Source: Trueperaceae bacterium
Lineage (GTDB): Bacteria; Deinococcota; Deinococci; Deinococcales; Trueperaceae
NCBI GenBank assembly: GCA_034521815.1
Contig: JAXHLW010000013.1
Location: 992,001-1,056,000 of the forward strand
Direction of reading: 5' to 3'
DNA length: 64,000 nucleotides
Part shown: positions 10,101-18,847 of the stretch, one piece after another
Position numbering within the stretch: position 1 is the stretch's first letter
How the letters are laid out: each line of letters starts with the position of its first letter
The notes under the pieces: model-generated
The model's input: the letters and a program-made list of their open reading frames with translations, nothing else
What the model was told of the DNA's origin: nothing
The model's database searches: none
Position numbers and translations under genes: made by a program

Positions 10101-11686
10101 CAGCGGTCCTCCTCGCCGTTCGCGCCGTCCGATTCGTCCGCGCCCTCGCCGCCTGCGCGAAGCACGGCGACGGTGCGCTGGTCGTCCACGAAGGTGCGGG
10201 CCGCGACCTCGCGCAGCTCCTCGGCGTCGATCGACAGGTACACGTCGAGATCGTCGACCAGGCGCTCCCAGCCGCCGGCGAACAGCTCGTTGAACGCCAG
10301 CGACGAGGCCAGCCCCGCGTTCGAGGCGAGGCTCCGCACGGTCGAGGCCCGCACCTGGTTTCGGACCTTGTCGAGCTCGTCCTGCGTCACGCCGTCCCGC
10401 GCGAGCCGCGCCAGCTCGTCGTCGATCGCTGCGAGCAGATCGTCCGGTCCGAACGGGGCTCGCGGCTGGGCGTAGACGAGGAACAGGTTGTCCTCGCGCG
10501 TACCCGGGAACGAGGCGCTGCTGCTCACGCTCAGCGCCGAGCCGTCCTCGAGCACGAGCCGCTGGTACAGGCGCGAGGTGCGACCGTTCGTGAGGAGCGC
10601 GTCGATCAGGTCCAGCGCGAACGCGTCGCGCGTGGGCCAGGTCGGCTTTCGCCAGCCGACGGCGAGCTGCGGCTGGGCGTCGAAGGTGACCGCGACGCGA
10701 CGCTCTGCGGTCTGCGGAGCCGCGTCCGGAATCCGTGGGGTCAGCGTCTCGCGGGCGGGAACCGCACCGAAGTAGCGCCGCAGGACCTCGACGTCGTGGT
10801 CGGGATCGACGTCCCCGACGACGACGAGGACCGCTCGATCCGGGGCGTAGAAGCTCTGGTAGAACGCCTCCGCCGCCGTCGCGGTCCAGCCCGCGATCTC
10901 CTCGGCCGAGCCGATCAGCGGCCGGCCGTACGGGTGCTCCGGAAAGGCGGTCGCCAGGAACGCTTCGATCAGGACGCCTGCGGGGTCGTCCTCGCTGCGT
11001 TGCCGCCGCTCCTCGCGCACGACGTCCCGCTCCTCGTAGAAGGCGCGGAACACCGTGTTCGCCATCACGTCGGCGTAGACGCGCGCGTACAGCTCCAGCC
11101 GGTTGGCGGGCAGCGACACGACGTACTGGGTCGAGTCGTAGCCGGTCGAGGCGTTCAGGCCGACGGCGCCCGCCACGCCCAGCAGGTCGTCCAGCGGCGC
11201 GCTGGACGCCAGCGCGTTGGCGTGCTCACGGGCGGCCGCGAACCGTTCCTCCGCTCGCGCGACGGCCTCGGCGTCTCCCGCGCGCCGAACGTGCGCCAGC
11301 GACAGCGCGGCCACCTCCACGGCGTCGAGGGCCTGGGCTTCGGCCCGGGCGTCCAGGCTCCCGATCGTGTCCGTCCCCTTGAACGCCATGTGCTCGACCA
11401 TGTGGGCGATGCCGCCCAGCCCTGCCGGCTCGTCGATGCCGCCGACGTCGAACGCCAGGTGGAACGAGATCACCGGCGCGGAAGGCTGTTCGACGAGGAT
11501 CAGGCGCATGCCGTTGTCCAGCGTTTCGGTGCTCACGCGTTGGGCGAGGTCCTGCGCGATCGCCGCCGCAGACGCCGCCAGGACGGCGCATGCCGCCAGC
11601 ACGTGGTGGGTTCGCCACGGGCGCGCAGGTTGGCGCTCAGGTCGCGCAGGTCGATCGGGTCGTGGGGATCTCCGGAGTCCGAGCAT
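10100..11686 (-). CDS. M16 (pitrilysin-family) zinc peptidase, catalytic subunit
   Basis: GIAHMVEHMAFKGT (HxxEH), ERDVVREERR; signal peptide; true start may be slightly downstream. Confidence 0.9.
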   Translation of the reverse strand: MLGLRRSPRPDRPARPERQPARPWRTHHVLAACAVLAASAAAIAQDLAQRVSTETLDNGMRLILVEQPSAPVISFHLAFDVGGIDEPAGLGGIAHMVEHMAFKGTDTIGSLDARAEAQALDAVEVAALSLAHVRRAGDAEAVARAEERFAAAREHANALASSAPLDDLLGVAGAVGLNASTGYDSTQYVVSLPANRLELYARVYADVMANTVFRAFYEERDVVREERRQRSEDDPAGVLIEAFLATAFPEHPYGRPLIGSAEEIAGWTATAAEAFYQSFYAPDRAVLVVVGDVDPDHDVEVLRRYFGAVPARETLTPRIPDAAPQTAERRVAVTFDAQPQLAVGWRKPTWPTRDAFALDLIDALLTNGRTSRLYQRLVLEDGSALSVSSSASFPGTREDNLFLVYAQPRAPFGPDDLLAAIDDELARLARDGVTQDELDKVRNQVRASTVRSLASNAGLASSLAFNELFAGGWERLVDDLDVYLSIDAEELREVAARTFVDDQRTVAVLRAGGEGADESDGANGEEDR

Positions 11687-11813
11687 GCGCCATGCTACGG
11701 GTCCGCGCCCGGCCAGGCTGCTGCCGACGTCACGCTTCCGACGTCGAGCGCGTCGCGGCCGTCGCGGTGCGACGTCGCGGCCGTGGCGCGGCTCGCCTGG
11801 CGCGGCCGGTGCC

Positions 11814-12566
11814 TCAGAGCGTCAGGCCCGCCAGGTGGAACGGTCCCTCCCGGCGGTACGCCTCGGCGTACGCGAACCGCCCGTGACCGCCCGCGCCGGC
11901 GGCGAGATGCGTGGCCCGGTCCAGCGCCCGGTGCAGCGACCGCCCGCGCTCGTACGGGTCGTCGATGTCGCCGTAGCCGGGAACGATCGCCTCGAGGTGC
12001 TCGGGCCGGTGCGTGCGCTCGAAGTGCCGTCCGCTGAACACCATCTGCGAGCGGAGCTCGTCCATCGCCCGCTCCTTCGCGCTCCAGACGTCGCTCACGT
12101 CGACCAGGCAGTTCGGCGCGTGGGGCGTCATGTAGTAGATCGCCTGAACGGCGTGCGGCGCGAGCTCGTGCAGCACGTCCACCCCGAAGTCGCGACCGGC
12201 CAGGGCGAGGCTCTCGAGCAACAGCGTCATCGCGGGACGCCTGTCGGGATCGAGGTCGTGCAGCGAGTGCTCGGGATCCTGGGTGATCACCACGTCGGGC
12301 CGCGTTTCGCGGATCACGCGCACCAGCTCGAGCTTCGAGGGGACGTCGACGGTGACCTCGCCGTAGCGCGTGTCGCCGAAGTCGACCTCGACGCCGAGGT
12401 GCTCGGCGGCACGCTGGATCTCGGGCCGACTCTCGTCCCTGGACAGGATCACGTGCGCGAACGAGTCGCCACCGCGTCGGGCGTTGATCGCCAAGGCGCC
12501 TCCCGCCTCGACCACCTCCATCCCGTACACGGCCAGCAGGAGCATGCGGAGCGGCTCTGGTTCCAT
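11814..12566 (-). CDS. PIG-L/LmbE deacetylase-fold protein with non-canonical metal motifs
   Basis: GGALA, IRETRPDVVIT, VDVSDVWSAKERAM and YAEAY fit PIG-L; GGAGG RBS; HxDD replaced by YGME and HxDH by DPDR. Confidence 0.75.
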   Translation of the reverse strand: MEPEPLRMLLLAVYGMEVVEAGGALAINARRGGDSFAHVILSRDESRPEIQRAAEHLGVEVDFGDTRYGEVTVDVPSKLELVRVIRETRPDVVITQDPEHSLHDLDPDRRPAMTLLLESLALAGRDFGVDVLHELAPHAVQAIYYMTPHAPNCLVDVSDVWSAKERAMDELRSQMVFSGRHFERTHRPEHLEAIVPGYGDIDDPYERGRSLHRALDRATHLAAGAGGHGRFAYAEAYRREGPFHLAGLTL

Positions 12567-12571
12567 TCGGG

Positions 12572-13507
12572 TCACCTCCCGGTGCGGCCGGCGTGATCGC
12601 GCACGCGCGGCATCAGGGCGCCCTCCAGCGAGCGGCCCACGAGCGCGAAGCCCAGCACGGTCGCGGCGATCGCCAGGCCGGGCGGCAGCACCCACCAAGG
12701 CCACGAGCCGGTCAGGAAGGCGCCTCGCGTCTGAGCGTAGAACAGAATCGTGCCCCACGACTTCTGGAGCGGGTCGCCCAGCCCCAGGAACGCCAGGCTG
12801 GCCTCGGCCAGCACCGCGCCCGAGACGGCGACGATGAACTGCGACAGCGCGACCGGCAGGACGGCGGGCAGGACGTGCGTTCGCAGCACGTGGCTGGGCC
12901 GACCGCCCAGCGCGTGAGCCGCTTCGACGTAGGCGTGCGCGGAGACGCTCAGCGCCTGACTCCGCACGACCCGCGCCGGTCGGGCCCAGATCACCAGGGT
13001 CAGCACCGTGGCGGTCGTGGCGACGCTAGGGCCCAGGAACGCCGCCAGCACGATCACCAACGGCAGGAACGGCAACGTGAGGACCACGTCGGTGATGCGC
13101 ATGAGCACGACGTCGAGCCAGCCGCGCGCGGTGCCGGCGAGAACGCCGACGGCCGTGCCGAGCGTGACCGCGGCGAACGCCGCGAGCAGGCCGATGGTCA
13201 ACGAGACGCGCGCCCCGACCAGCAGCTCGGAGAAGATGTCCTGGCCGACGTCGTTGGTGCCCAGCCAGTGCTGCTGGCTGGGTGCGAGGTACGGCGCGGC
13301 GACGGTGACGCTGGGATCGTACGGCGCCAGGGCGGGGCCGAACAGCGCCGCGCCCGCGGTGAGCGCCAGCAGGGTCGCTCCGAGGAGCGCGGCCGGCGTG
13401 GCCAGCGGGAGCCGGAGCCGTCGAGCGATCGACGCCGCGCCGCCGCGGGTCGATGCGGCGCGCGGCGCCAAGACCTGACGGGCCGCTCGCAGGTCGGACG
13501 CTCTCAC
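12572..13507 (-). CDS. Peptide/nickel ABC permease (DppC-like)
   Basis: HWLGTNDVGQD, YVEAAHALG and LAFLGLG...SWG. Confidence 0.9.
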   Translation of the reverse strand: MRASDLRAARQVLAPRAASTRGGAASIARRLRLPLATPAALLGATLLALTAGAALFGPALAPYDPSVTVAAPYLAPSQQHWLGTNDVGQDIFSELLVGARVSLTIGLLAAFAAVTLGTAVGVLAGTARGWLDVVLMRITDVVLTLPFLPLVIVLAAFLGPSVATTATVLTLVIWARPARVVRSQALSVSAHAYVEAAHALGGRPSHVLRTHVLPAVLPVALSQFIVAVSGAVLAEASLAFLGLGDPLQKSWGTILFYAQTRGAFLTGSWPWWVLPPGLAIAATVLGFALVGRSLEGALMPRVRDHAGRTGR

Positions 13508-13517
13508 GGCGAGATCC

Positions 13518-14492
13518 TCACGTCGCCCCTCGTCGCACGCGCGGATCGAGCAGCGGGTAGACGGCGTCGGCCAAGGCGTTGGCGAGGACCACCGACACCG
13601 TGAGCACGAAGAACGCGCCCTGCAGCACCGGATAGTCTCGACTCAGCACCGCCTGGTAGAGCAGCGTGCCGACGCCCGGGTAGGCGAAGACCGTCTCGAT
13701 CACCGTGGCCCCGCCGACCAGGAACCCCAGGTTGAGGAACAGCAGCGTCGAGACGGGCAGCAGCGCGTTGCGGACGGCGTGGCGCATCAGCACGCGTCGC
13801 TCCGACAGTCCCTTGGCGCGGGCCGAGCGGACGTAGTCCTGACCCAGCACGTCCAGCATCGAGTAGCGCATCACCAGGTAGATTCCCGACAGGCTGGCCG
13901 CCGTCAGCGACGCGACCGGCAGCGCCAGGTGGCGTGCCACGTCGGCCAGATAGGCGACGCCGCCGGACGGACCGGCCGGCGTGGTGGCCCCGAAGGTCGG
14001 GAACCACCCGAACTGCACGGCGAACACCGCGATCGCCAGCATGCCGATCCAGAAGCTGGGCAGCGCGTCGACGACGATCGCTCCCGCGAGCGAGGCGGCG
14101 TCGAAGCGGCCGCCTCGCCGCCAGGCGGCGATCGCCCCGGCGACCACCCCGAACACCGTCGAGAGCAGCAGGCTGCTGCCGACCAGAAGCAACGTCCAGG
14201 GAAGCCGTTCGCGGATCGCTTCGGCGACGGGCATGCCCAGCTGGAACGATCTGCCCCAATCGCCGCGGACGATGTCCCCGAGGTAGTCCAGGTACTGCAC
14301 GCCGAGGCTTCGGTCCAGGCCGTAGAGCGCCCGGATCTCGTCGAGGCGCTCGGGCGCGAGCGTGCCGACCTCCTCGCCGACCAGGTAGGGAAGCGGGCTG
14401 CCCGGCATGGCGCGCGGCAACAGGAAGTTGACGCTCAGCGCGACCCACAACACCAGGCCGTACTGGAGCACCTTTCCGAGCAGACCGTGCAC
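13518..14492 (-). CDS. Peptide/nickel ABC permease (DppB-like)
   Basis: DYVRSARAKGL, ETVFAYPGVG and RDYPVLQG. Confidence 0.9.
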   Translation of the reverse strand: MHGLLGKVLQYGLVLWVALSVNFLLPRAMPGSPLPYLVGEEVGTLAPERLDEIRALYGLDRSLGVQYLDYLGDIVRGDWGRSFQLGMPVAEAIRERLPWTLLLVGSSLLLSTVFGVVAGAIAAWRRGGRFDAASLAGAIVVDALPSFWIGMLAIAVFAVQFGWFPTFGATTPAGPSGGVAYLADVARHLALPVASLTAASLSGIYLVMRYSMLDVLGQDYVRSARAKGLSERRVLMRHAVRNALLPVSTLLFLNLGFLVGGATVIETVFAYPGVGTLLYQAVLSRDYPVLQGAFFVLTVSVVLANALADAVYPLLDPRVRRGAT

Positions 14493-14512
14493 CGCGCTCC
14501 CCTCCCCGCGCT

Positions 14513-16153
14513 TCAGCGCGCCAGGAACGAGTGGACGTTGAGGATCCCTTGACCCGCCATGTAGACCCAGCCGTCGTAGGCGTCCGGCCTGTAGGCGTAG
14601 GCGCCCTGCGGATAGAACAGCGTCACGAACGGTACGTCGCGGGCCACGATCTCCTGCACGCGAGCCAGCAGCTCGGCACGCTCATCGGGATCGGTCGCGC
14701 GCGTCGCCGCCACGGTGAGCGCGTCGACCTCGGGATCCGCGTAGCCGCTCAGGTTGAGGGTGCCCAGCGAGGGATCGCCGTGCAGCAGCCCGAGCAGGTT
14801 GGCGCGGGCGTTGACCGGCGCGCTCCAGCCGAACACCGCCAGCTGGTAGTCGCGTCCGCGCGAGACGTCGAACCCCGGCCAGGCCTTCTCGGTCAGGGCG
14901 TCGAACTCCATGCTGCGCACGTCGGCGTCGATCCCGACCGCGGCGAGGTCCTGCGCGATCAGCTCGGCGGCGCGCAAACGGGTGGGATTGTTGGACGGCG
15001 CGAGCAGCTCGAAGCCCAGTCGCGCGCCGTCCGCGCCGACGTACACGCCGTCGCGGCCCAGCGTGTAGCCGGCCTGCTCGAGCTCCGCCCGGACCGCATC
15101 GCGGTCCAGCGGAGCCGGCTCGGCCGTCTCCGGATTCGCGAACGGCGTGGCGGGGTGCAGGAAGCCGGGCGCGCCGACCGTGCCGGCGCCGAGCAGCAGC
15201 ACCTCGACCAGCCTGCGGGTATCGATCGCGGCGGCGATGGCGCGGCGCACCGCCGGATCGCTGAGCTCTGGCCGGGTGACGTCCATGAGCAGCAGCGTGG
15301 TGGCGAAGCTCGATCCACGGGCGACCTCGAGGTTCGGTGCCGCCTCGAACGCGGCCACCGAGGCGGGCGGCAGGGCACGGGCGGCGGCGTCGATCTCGCC
15401 GGCGCGGAGCGCCTGGAAGGTGGTGGTCTCGTCGCGGATGATCGGTACGATGATCGTCGTCAGTGTCGGCTCGGCGCCCCAGAACGCCGGGTTCGCCTCG
15501 AACCTGTAGAAGCGCTCGGCCTCGATCTGGGTCAGCCGGTAGGGACCGGTGCCCACCGCCTCGCGGACCGCGCGGGGATCGTCGATCTCTCGGTAGACGT
15601 GCTCGGGCAGCATCGGAAGGTCGGCGAGGACCGCTTCCTCGAACGTCGCGTCGGGCGCGCCGAGCTCCAGGCGCAGCTCGTACGGACCGACGACGTCGAT
15701 ACGCGCGACCCGTTCCGCGGCGCTGGTGAAGCGGCTCATCACGTGCGTGCGGTAGTAGTCGAAGCTGAACGCGACGTCGTCCGCGTCGAACCGCTCGCCG
15801 TCGTGCCAGCGAACGTCGTCGCGCAAGCGCACGCGGTAGCGCACGACGTCGTCCTCGCCCGGTTCGCCCTCGCCGGGCTCGATCTCGACCGACGTCGCCA
15901 GCCAGGGGCGCGGCCGCAGCTCGGGATCCATCCGGAGCAGCGTGTCGAACACCAGGCTCATCAGCTCGTAGCCGGGATAGCCGGTGACGTAGGTGTACGG
16001 GGTGAGGCTGCCCTCGTCGCCGGGGATCGCCAGACGCAACGTTCCCGGCTCCTGCGCCTGAGCCGGCGAGGCGCCGCCGAGGACGAGCCAGGCCGCGACC
16101 GCGATCGTGACCACGATGCTGGACGAAGAGAGGATTCGGGCGGCTCGCTTCAT
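14513..16153 (-). CDS. Family-5 ABC substrate-binding protein
   Basis: PWLA, LRDDVRWHDGERFDADDVAFSF and GTGPY; signal peptide; GAGGAGG RBS. Confidence 0.9.
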   Translation of the reverse strand: MKRAARILSSSSIVVTIAVAAWLVLGGASPAQAQEPGTLRLAIPGDEGSLTPYTYVTGYPGYELMSLVFDTLLRMDPELRPRPWLATSVEIEPGEGEPGEDDVVRYRVRLRDDVRWHDGERFDADDVAFSFDYYRTHVMSRFTSAAERVARIDVVGPYELRLELGAPDATFEEAVLADLPMLPEHVYREIDDPRAVREAVGTGPYRLTQIEAERFYRFEANPAFWGAEPTLTTIIVPIIRDETTTFQALRAGEIDAAARALPPASVAAFEAAPNLEVARGSSFATTLLLMDVTRPELSDPAVRRAIAAAIDTRRLVEVLLLGAGTVGAPGFLHPATPFANPETAEPAPLDRDAVRAELEQAGYTLGRDGVYVGADGARLGFELLAPSNNPTRLRAAELIAQDLAAVGIDADVRSMEFDALTEKAWPGFDVSRGRDYQLAVFGWSAPVNARANLLGLLHGDPSLGTLNLSGYADPEVDALTVAATRATDPDERAELLARVQEIVARDVPFVTLFYPQGAYAYRPDAYDGWVYMAGQGILNVHSFLAR

Positions 16154-16236
16154 GTCGGTCCTCCTCAGCGCGGCCCTCGTCGTAGCGCTCCTCGCTCATG
16201 GCGTCCGAGTGCATCGCAGCACGAGTCCTGTCGCCA

Positions 16237-16258
16237 CTATTGCATGTAGTCGCAATAG
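16237..16258. promoter_or_regulatory. Candidate Fur-family operator: CTATTGC-N8-GCAATAG
   Basis: Perfect 7-bp inverted repeat, AT-rich island between the divergent ABC operon and the Fur-family gene. Confidence 0.6.
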
Positions 16259-16268
16259 ATCCGTGGGA

Positions 16269-16329
16269 CGTTCGCCCCCTGACACGTTCGCCGCAGGACC
16301 GTTCGCCGCAGGACCGTTCGCCGCTGGCA
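16269..16329 (+). repeat. 15-bp tandem repeat (CGTTCGCCGCAGGAC), 2 exact and 2 degenerate copies
   Basis: CGTTCGCC cores at 16269, 16285, 16300 and 16315. Confidence 0.85.
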
Positions 16330-16397
16330 CGGCGTCGCTACGACGACGGGCCGCCCGGCCCTTGAGCGGATGCCCGCGAGGTGGTATTCGGTGATGC

Positions 16398-16829
16398 ATG
16401 TCGCACGACACCTGGAACTACCAGGACGCGCTCCGCCGCGACGGCTACCGGGTGACGCCGCAACGCGAACGGATCATGGACCTCGTTTGCCAGGCGGGCA
16501 TGCGCCTCAGCGCCCAACAGATCTGCGAGGCGGCGCGAAGCGGCCCGCCCGCCATGAACGACGCGACCGTCTACCGCAACCTGCGCTTCCTGACCGAACG
16601 GAAGCTGCTTCGCGCCATCGAGCAGGACGGCCGCACCTGCTACGTGCTGGGTGGCCCCGCGGCGTCCCACCACCACCTGATCTGCCGCCGCTGCGGCGAC
16701 GAGATCGAGATTCCCGACGACGCCACGAGCGAGCTGTACGCACGGCTCGAAAGGCGCTACGGCTTCCGCGTCGACGACGATCACCTGGTCCTGCACGGAC
16801 ACTGTCGCGCCTGCCTGGCGACCCCCTGA
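16398..16829 (+). CDS. Fur-family metalloregulator
   Basis: RVTPQR, ATVYRNL, HHHLICRRC and C-terminal CRAC. Confidence 0.92.
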   Translation: MSHDTWNYQDALRRDGYRVTPQRERIMDLVCQAGMRLSAQQICEAARSGPPAMNDATVYRNLRFLTERKLLRAIEQDGRTCYVLGGPAASHHHLICRRCGDEIEIPDDATSELYARLERRYGFRVDDDHLVLHGHCRACLATP

Positions 16830-16905
16830 CGATCGATCGCACGACCGGCGAAGCGACCGACCGGCCTGCCCGCCTCGGGTATCCTTTCCGGGCGTTCGCC
16901 TTCGT

Positions 16906-16982
16906 GCGCCCGTAGCTCAGGTGGATAGAGCAGGGGACTCCTAAGCCTCGTGTCGCAGGTTCGACTCCTGCCGGGCGCACCA
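16906..16982 (+). tRNA. tRNA-Arg(CCT)
   Basis: Cloverleaf, GCGCCCG/CGGGCGC acceptor stem, loop CTCCTAA, GGTTCGA, encoded CCA. Confidence 0.93.
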
Positions 16983-17117
16983 ACGACGGGGCGGCCAGCG
17001 CATCCGTCCACGGGTGTCGAATGCGCGCCGCGTTTCCTGCGTGTCAGCCCATCGTCGGAAAAGCGCCGACGCGTCCATCGCCTTCGCGCCGCTAGACTGC
17101 ATGCGAGGAGGTGGACC

Positions 17118-17561
17118 ATGTTGGTGCGCGAGTTCATGCATTCCGAGCCCGTCACGATCTCGCCCGACACGCCGCTTCTCGAAGCGGAGTGGCGCATGCA
17201 GGAAGGCGGGTTTCGGCACCTTCCGATCGTCGACGGCGACGACCGGCTCGTCGGCATCGTCAGCGACCGCGACCTGCGCGAAGCCGCGCCATCCGACGCC
17301 ACCGTGCTTTCCCGCCAAGAGCTGACCTACCTCCTGAGCCGCCTGAAGGTGAAGGACGTGATGACGAAGCCGGTCCTCACCGCCCGCCCCGCCGAGCCGG
17401 CCGAGGCCGCCGCGATCCGCATGCGCGAGAACAAGGTGGGCGCCCTTCCCGTCGTCGACGACGAACGCCTCGTCGGCATCGTGACCACGGCGGACATGCT
17501 GGACGCGCTCGTACGCGCGCTCCAGGCGCAACGCACCGCGTCCAAGGCGTCGCGCGACTGA
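17118..17561 (+). CDS. CBS-domain pair protein (AcuB-like)
   Basis: FRHLPIVD...VGIVSDRDLR and GALPVVD...VGIVT; GAGGAGG RBS. Confidence 0.9.
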   Translation: MLVREFMHSEPVTISPDTPLLEAEWRMQEGGFRHLPIVDGDDRLVGIVSDRDLREAAPSDATVLSRQELTYLLSRLKVKDVMTKPVLTARPAEPAEAAAIRMRENKVGALPVVDDERLVGIVTTADMLDALVRALQAQRTASKASRD

Positions 17562-17604
17562 GCCCGTCTCACCCGCTTCACCGCCGCGAGCGGTACGACG
17601 GTGC

Positions 17605-18783
17605 ATGCTTCGCGACCTGCTCCGCACCGCCCTTCCGCTGATCGCGCTCGCCACCGCACCGGGGGCCTGGGCGCAAGCGCCGGCCGACCCGCAGCCGTAC
17701 CGCCTCACCGTGATCGTCTCCGAGCTGGGCCCTGCCGCTGCGCGCGGGGTTCTCGAACGCCGCGTCACCGAGGCGTGGGCCGCGAGGAGCGCTGGCCTCG
17801 GCGGCGTGTACGGCCGCGCGCTGGACGTGCGGGTGGTGGGCGACGCCGGAACGCCGGAACGCGCGGTGCGCGCCGCGCGCGACGCGATCGACGCCGGCGC
17901 TCACGCGCTCGTGTGCTGCAGCACCGCGGCCGCGACGACCCAGGTCGCGCCCGTGGCCGCGGGCGCGGGCGTCCCCCTGCTCTCGCCCACCGCCGGAGGG
18001 GTCGACGACGCGGCGGGGTGGCAGTTCGTCCTGGCGCCGGACGAAGCGACGCACCTCCAGGCGATCGTGCGCGACGCCTACGCTCGCGGCCTGAACCGAC
18101 TGGGAATGATGACGCTGGAGGGACCGTTCGGCGACACCGCCGTCGAGCGGCTCCGCGGCTTCATGGGCGTGCCCGAGCTGCAGCTGGTCGGCGAGGCGCG
18201 CTACCCCGCAGACGCCACGGTCCTCACCCCCGAAGCGCTCTGGGTCGCGACCCGCGAGCCCAGCGCGATCGTCGTGTGGGGGCTGCGGGCCGACACGGCC
18301 GTGGCCGTCGAGGGCCTGAGGGCACGGGGCTGGGACGGACCCGTCTACCTGCGCGCTGCGCTCCTCGACCCGCTGGCGGGCGGGTTGCCCCGCGGCCTCT
18401 CGGGAGACGTGCGGGTCCCCGTCTCCCCCGCGTCGCTCCCGAGCGCCGTGGGCGACAGCGACCTGGCGGCGAGCTGGATCTTCGACGCTCGCGCCCTCGG
18501 GGACGGCCGACTCGAGAGCCGGCCCTACCTCGCGGACGGCGCGATCGTGCACGACGCGCTGGAGCTGGCGCGCCGCGCGCTCGAGCAGGCGGCCAGCTAC
18601 GGCGTCGATCCGGCGAACCTGCGCGGCTTCCGGCTGGCGTTGCGCGACGCGCTGGTCACCCTTCCCGAGACCACCTTGGCGGCGGGAACGTATGACCTGA
18701 CGATGGACTCGACGTCGGCGGCGCTGGCGCAGGGGCTCACGATGGCGCGCCTCGTGGCGGGCCGCCTGGAGCCTCTTCGCTGA
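17605..18783 (+). CDS. Divergent LivJ/K-type periplasmic ligand-binding protein
   Basis: Signal peptide, DAGTPERAV and AGVPLLSP; PBP1-like pattern. Confidence 0.7.
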   Translation: MLRDLLRTALPLIALATAPGAWAQAPADPQPYRLTVIVSELGPAAARGVLERRVTEAWAARSAGLGGVYGRALDVRVVGDAGTPERAVRAARDAIDAGAHALVCCSTAAATTQVAPVAAGAGVPLLSPTAGGVDDAAGWQFVLAPDEATHLQAIVRDAYARGLNRLGMMTLEGPFGDTAVERLRGFMGVPELQLVGEARYPADATVLTPEALWVATREPSAIVVWGLRADTAVAVEGLRARGWDGPVYLRAALLDPLAGGLPRGLSGDVRVPVSPASLPSAVGDSDLAASWIFDARALGDGRLESRPYLADGAIVHDALELARRALEQAASYGVDPANLRGFRLALRDALVTLPETTLAAGTYDLTMDSTSAALAQGLTMARLVAGRLEPLR

Positions 18784-18847
18784 GGCGCAGCCCAGCGCGC
18801 AGTGGGGCACGCCGCAGCCGCTGCCGGCGAGCCGCGACCGGCACGCT

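Noticed and set aside
8637-11686. M16 subunit lacking HxxEH as a possible dead enzyme
   Set aside because: An active plus inactive M16B pair is a well-known arrangement.
16269-16329. Possible CRISPR-like array
   Set aside because: Repeats are directly adjacent with no unique spacers, and no cas genes are present.
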